A stretch of DNA of 32,000 bases from Patescibacteria group bacterium (GTDB lineage Bacteria > Patescibacteriota > Gracilibacteria > BD1-5 > UBA2023), in NCBI GenBank assembly GCA_049315825.1, contig JBMOJK010000003.1, positions 20,652-52,651 on the forward strand. The letters are read 5' to 3'. Shown here piece after piece: positions 27,701-32,000 of the stretch (its first letter is position 1; each line of letters starts with the position of its first letter). The position numbers were made by a program, and so were the translations under genes. The notes under the pieces were generated by a model. The model had not been told where the DNA came from and did no database searches. It worked only from the letters and a program-made list of their open reading frames with translations.

Positions 27701-30700
27701 CTACAAGATCCGTGAGTGAATTGTTTCCGTTATTCCATGTGAGATATCGATCAGACTCGACGTAGATCGTGCGAGATGAGGTGAATGTATTCCCATTTGA
27801 ACCTGTATAGTTCGCACGAATTTCGTATTCTCCGTCTGAAGCAGTCTGGAATATTGCCTGGAATTCTCCGCTGTCATTAGACTTTACGGCGATTTCTTTT
27901 TCTTTCTTTTCTTCGAGAGAGTAGTCATCGTAGAAGATACCATCCACTCCTTGCTTCTTGGCCACCTTCCACTCACGGTGGATCACCTCGATCGTACCTC
28001 TGGCACTCGCCTTTGGTATTGCATCATGTGTGAGGATCACTCCTTCCACTCGGATATCGGTGTTCTTTGGATACGAATATCCTGTGCGAAGTCCGATGTA
28101 TCCGTCAGTCGTGTGAAGCACTTCAGAATATGAGTTCGTCACCGTCTTTGAAGTATCTGGATCTTTTACCTCTACGTTGTAGGTGTAGATTTTCTCACCG
28201 TTTAGAGTTGTTGGAGATTTTGGATCAAATGCTTCTTTTGGATAATCAAACCCGATGTTTCATTTTCCATTTTCGTCGATCTTTCCATCGCCTGTTGTGA
28301 TAGTTGTATCAGCGAAATTACACTGTCCCCAATACTGACAATCAAAATACTCGTATCCGCGTCCGAACTGGTATTCGTTGTATTTTTTTGCATCGAAGAA
28401 ATAACTCTGAGCGAGTACTCCATAGTGGAATGTTGTATTTACCATATTTCCACCGAAGTAGTATTCACTTCCGATATTGATGCGAGTCGAATCACCGATG
28501 AGATGATCCTTTTTATCAGATGAGAGATTGACCCTGAAGACCGGTTTTTTGTAAGCCTCTACATAGAACGAAGCATCGTTGTAGATATACGCATATCCGA
28601 GTTCGTCCGTCCCCATATAGGCATATGCATTCCCACCCTTGAGGTAAAGTGCAAATGTGTACATCCCCATTTGTCCATCAGCTGGGATCGTGAAATTCCC
28701 GTGGAAATTCGAGTTCGCATCGAGGGTAATAGGAACTTCCTTGAAGAGTGATCCGTCTTGCTTGAGGAGCTTGATTTTGCCGGTTGTGTTCTTGGATTTC
28801 GTGTAACCAGTCGGCTCGAAAGTTCGTAGGAGACCCTTGAATTCTACAGTATCACCTGGACGATAGATCGGTCGGTCTGTATAGATATAGGCAAAGTCCT
28901 TCGTATCTGAAGTCTGACCTGCGATATAGCCGAAGTCGTAGTTACTCACTTCGTCATTGGTGGTAGTGATCACGCCATAGTTCCCGTCTTTCTGAGCAAT
29001 GATGATCTCAGGAACGACAGAGAGTTCGTAGAGCTTTTTGGATGCAAGATAGTTCACCTTGAAACCTGGTGCAGGTGCGATTTTACCATCTGTGTTCGTC
29101 GAATATCCTTCGATGGTTGCTCCTTCGATGATCTGTTTACCGTCCATCGAAGTGAGTAAAAGTTCGTTTTTGTTCTTACCTGATTCGAGCGCAAGCGCGA
29201 GCGTAGAACGCACGAAAACATTGAGTGATTCGCGTCAGTCTTTGCGATATCCTGAGTATCCTTGGTTGTATTTTCCGTTCACAGTCGATCGAACGAGGAT
29301 GAATGGCGAAGTGAATACATGCCCCATTACATCCTTTTCAAGATCGAATCGGTTATTCGCGATCGCCCATGCCTTGTTGGCAACTGGGAGGGATTTTGCG
29401 ACTCTTGAACCCTGACAAACTGGTTTATAGTTTGCATTTTGTCGATCCTTAAGGTAGCTTGCGTATTCTTCTTTGGTCATTTCACATACCTCAACATCGA
29501 GCTGAGAAAGGTTGATCGTTTGGAAATTTACAACGAGCGGAACATTAGCCGGAATCACGCTCACATCCTTGGATGATGGAGAATATGCGTAGCGGTCTCC
29601 ATCGGTCACATCGCCTGCCTTGATGTCTTTCTTCTCATAATTGGCTACAAGAGGATTTCCAACTGCATCAAGAAGTGTAGACTTGGTGTGAAGCGTATAT
29701 GTTTCATGCGGATTGAATCGTGTACCGATAACATAGGCGATTTTTCCTGGGATATCCTTACAAAGTTTTACAACTTTTGAATTCCCAGTTACTTCGTCAT
29801 ACTGCTGTATTCCATCCTTTACAACTGATCGGATCGGAGATTTTGGTTCTGTCTCGAAATGCTTCTCGAGCCCGTATGTGCCATAGTCACCAAAGGCAAG
29901 CAGGTTCGTAAAATACATACATCCCTGCGTATTAGAAACATACGTGAAATCACTCGCCTCGAACTTTGGAAATGTCTTGAGTTCCCGAGATACATTTTCG
30001 CGAAGATGCGGATTGGATGCTTGATCGATCGTGAGTGTATAGGTTACACCGTAGTCGAGCGAATCTGGAAGTTCACACTTGATTCGACGCTTATCATCCT
30101 GAGCCTTAGTCGTCATTTTTCCTCCAATAAACTCGCTCGTTTCGTATTTCATGTACGAAGTCTTGCACTCGATACGTGCACCACTCTTCGCAAGATATGG
30201 CTTTGTTTTAGCAAGATCTACGTCCTCACCAAAATTCAACACGAGAAATCCGTCTTTCTTTGCGATAAATATCTCAGATGTCGAATTCGAGTTATAAATC
30301 TCAGGCGTGTCTTTCAGAGCACCCGTTTCTGAATACTCATTTCGATATGACTGCACATTCTGAAGATAGTCCGAAGAACGCATAGCAAACGAAGTCGCAC
30401 CTGTGTAAGCAATATTTCCTTCTGCTGGCATGAGTGCACCAGAGAGTGCTACGTTATATCCAGTAGAATAGAGAAGTCCTGGCGAAGCGTTTTTAGTGAT
30501 GGTAAATCTTCGACCTACATCACTTGGTCCTGATGTAGTTGCGACAGTAACTGCGATCTCTTTTTGACTTTCCTGTACCTTCACGATTTTAGCGAGATCT
30601 GCGGTTTTTACTGGCGCATTGAACTCGAGTGGGATACCGTTTTCAGGAGAAAATCCATCCCCCTTTCCGATCACTTCAAGATTTGGGGTCTTGAAACTCA

Positions 30701-31598
30701 CGGTCTTGGTGTCAGAAAGTGGATAAAGGAGCCCTTCTTTAGAAGCGACTTTTACCTCGTATTTTGTGGCATATGGAAGTGGCTTCGATGGGATGAATTC
30801 GAGGATAGAACCACTCGTCCAAGAACATTTTCCTTCGACAGCTGGCGTGATCTCGATCGGACAAGGAAGTTTATCCTTCGTCGCAAGACTTCCGAGTGGA
30901 ATCACTGGGATATTGAAGAGTACAACGATATTCTTGCTGACATTCTTAAGCTCTCCTTCCGGGATAATTCGCATAGCCTTCGCCCCAGCGATTGCCTCGA
31001 ATTCGTAGCTGATATCCCGACCGATTTTCGCTCCGTATTTGGATTTAATATCTGACGAGAGGGTGATCATATAGTGTTCACCGATCTTGAGTTTAGAATC
31101 CAGCTTGTACGAGATCGTATTTCCGTCCTTGAGTGATGGTGTTCCCTGGATATACGGTGCAAATCGAACCGTTTCCTTGGAGATAGAGTTCGCATCCAGT
31201 TCTCGTGAGAAGGTGATGTCGATCGATGGAACATCGTATGGGATTTTCTTGTATTCAAAACTCCAGTTCCCCGCTATCACCGATGGTGCTGCAAAGAAAT
31301 ACTGTGTTCCGATCACCCCAACTACTGTGATCACGAGTGCAGCAAAAACTCCAGCATATGCTCGAACATGTGAACGAATATGTTGTCCTACCTTCGTGAA
31401 GAATCCTCCCTTCACGGAAGGTTCGGCCTGAGACTCCATGAGTGACTTCTTGAGCATGTTCGCGAAGTCTTGATCGAATTTGGTATCCGGCTTTTCGGCA
31501 AGGAGTGCCTTGATAGCTTTCATGGTTTCTTTTTTATGATCTGCCAATGAGGGGTCAACTGCGACGAGCTCGTCGAAGATTTTTGCGACTGATTTCAT
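24714..31598 (-). CDS. giant alpha-2-macroglobulin-family protein, thioester-less, N-terminally membrane-anchored (2294 aa)
   Basis: Track ORFs 24714-28142, 28260-29213 and 29235-31598 share a frame and join through TGAs (TCA at 28260-62 and 29235-37) with no other stop. LREYPYASSWNRT (26403-26435) aligns to the A2M YPYGCxEQ thioester site. QRNNGGFTYW, LPDNLTTW and a Gly/Lys-rich bait-like stretch are present. The N-terminus has ~85 hydrophilic residues followed by one TM (GVFAALVITVVGVIG). Confidence 0.85.
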
Positions 31599-31600
31599 TT

Positions 31601-32000
31601 TTAAAATATGAAGAAGAGGAGGAAGAGTGCGACGTTTGCAGCGATTTTTGCGAGACTGCGGGAGATGATCTTTTTGACGTTAGAGAGTGATTCTCAGCTG
31701 ATTTCTGCGATCTCGGCGTATTTGAGATCGTCCCAGACGGCCATGAGCACGATGTCTTTGTGCTTCGTCGGGAAGGTCTCGAGGTATGCGAGAACCTTAT
31801 CAAGCCTATCCTTCGCATCGATTGCGGCAGCGTTGTCGGTATCGATGCTCGCGGTTTCTTCGTGGTCTACGATATCATCGTGGACTTTGTTAGTGCGCGA
31901 TCGATCGATAATCGAGTTGTACGCGATACGAAATATCCACGAAGCGAATTCAGACTCCGAAGATCCCGTGAAACTCGCAAATCCACGAAGTGCCTTGAAA
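31601..32000 (-). CDS. ECF-type RNA polymerase sigma factor (5' end beyond the window)
   Basis: The reverse frame gives ...FASWIFRIAYNSIIDRSR... (region 2) and ...DIVLMAVWDDLKYAEIAEIS[G]ESLSNVKKIISRSLAKI (region 4 HTH, TGA at 31694-96). Stop TAA 31601-03 lies 2 nt before the A2M-like start. Confidence 0.8.

Noticed and set aside
544-31598. Many recognisable genes appear as 2-4 consecutive ORF fragments, which could be read as pseudogenes or frameshifted, degraded genes.
   Set aside because: All breaks are TGA only. The fragments stay in the same frame and conserved motifs continue across the breaks with Gly expected at the TGA. This is code 25, not decay.

Overview
The window reads TGA as glycine (translation table 25, used by Gracilibacteria/BD1-5 and Absconditabacteria/SR1 in the CPR). 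In-frame TGAs sit on invariant Gly positions of Walker A, the Nudix box, the Pol I 5' nuclease and FemAB. The supplied standard-code ORF track therefore splits at least 12 genes. Re-joining same-frame pieces that have no TAA/TAG between them gives 26 CDS.

Forward-strand and mixed genes, in order:
- small ORF
- heterodimeric ABC exporter pair
- flavodoxin-like NAD(P)H oxidoreductase
- Nudix hydrolase
- FemAB transferase
- STAS protein
- glucosaminidase+NlpC/P60 wall hydrolase
- truncated Pol I-type 5' nuclease
- dut
- CARDB surface protein
- 1257-aa DEAH helicase
- 808-aa membrane protein
- E2 / small ORF / E1 cassette preceded by three membrane or secreted proteins

Reverse-strand genes at the right end:
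- UPF0489-like protein
- gmk
- 2294-aa thioester-less alpha-2-macroglobulin, translationally coupled to an ECF sigma factor

I could not support any rRNA, tRNA, CRISPR array or transposase.

The main candidate system is 19173-23092: a JAMM/MPN+-like domain, a eukaryote-like UBC/E2, an 80-aa ORF with an internal Gly-Gly, and a ThiF/E1 enzyme. This looks like a ubiquitin-like conjugation cassette. It has atypical composition, no internal TGA codons, and structured GC-rich or inverted-repeat DNA on both flanks.

All family calls come from motif reading by eye. None has been tested by a search.
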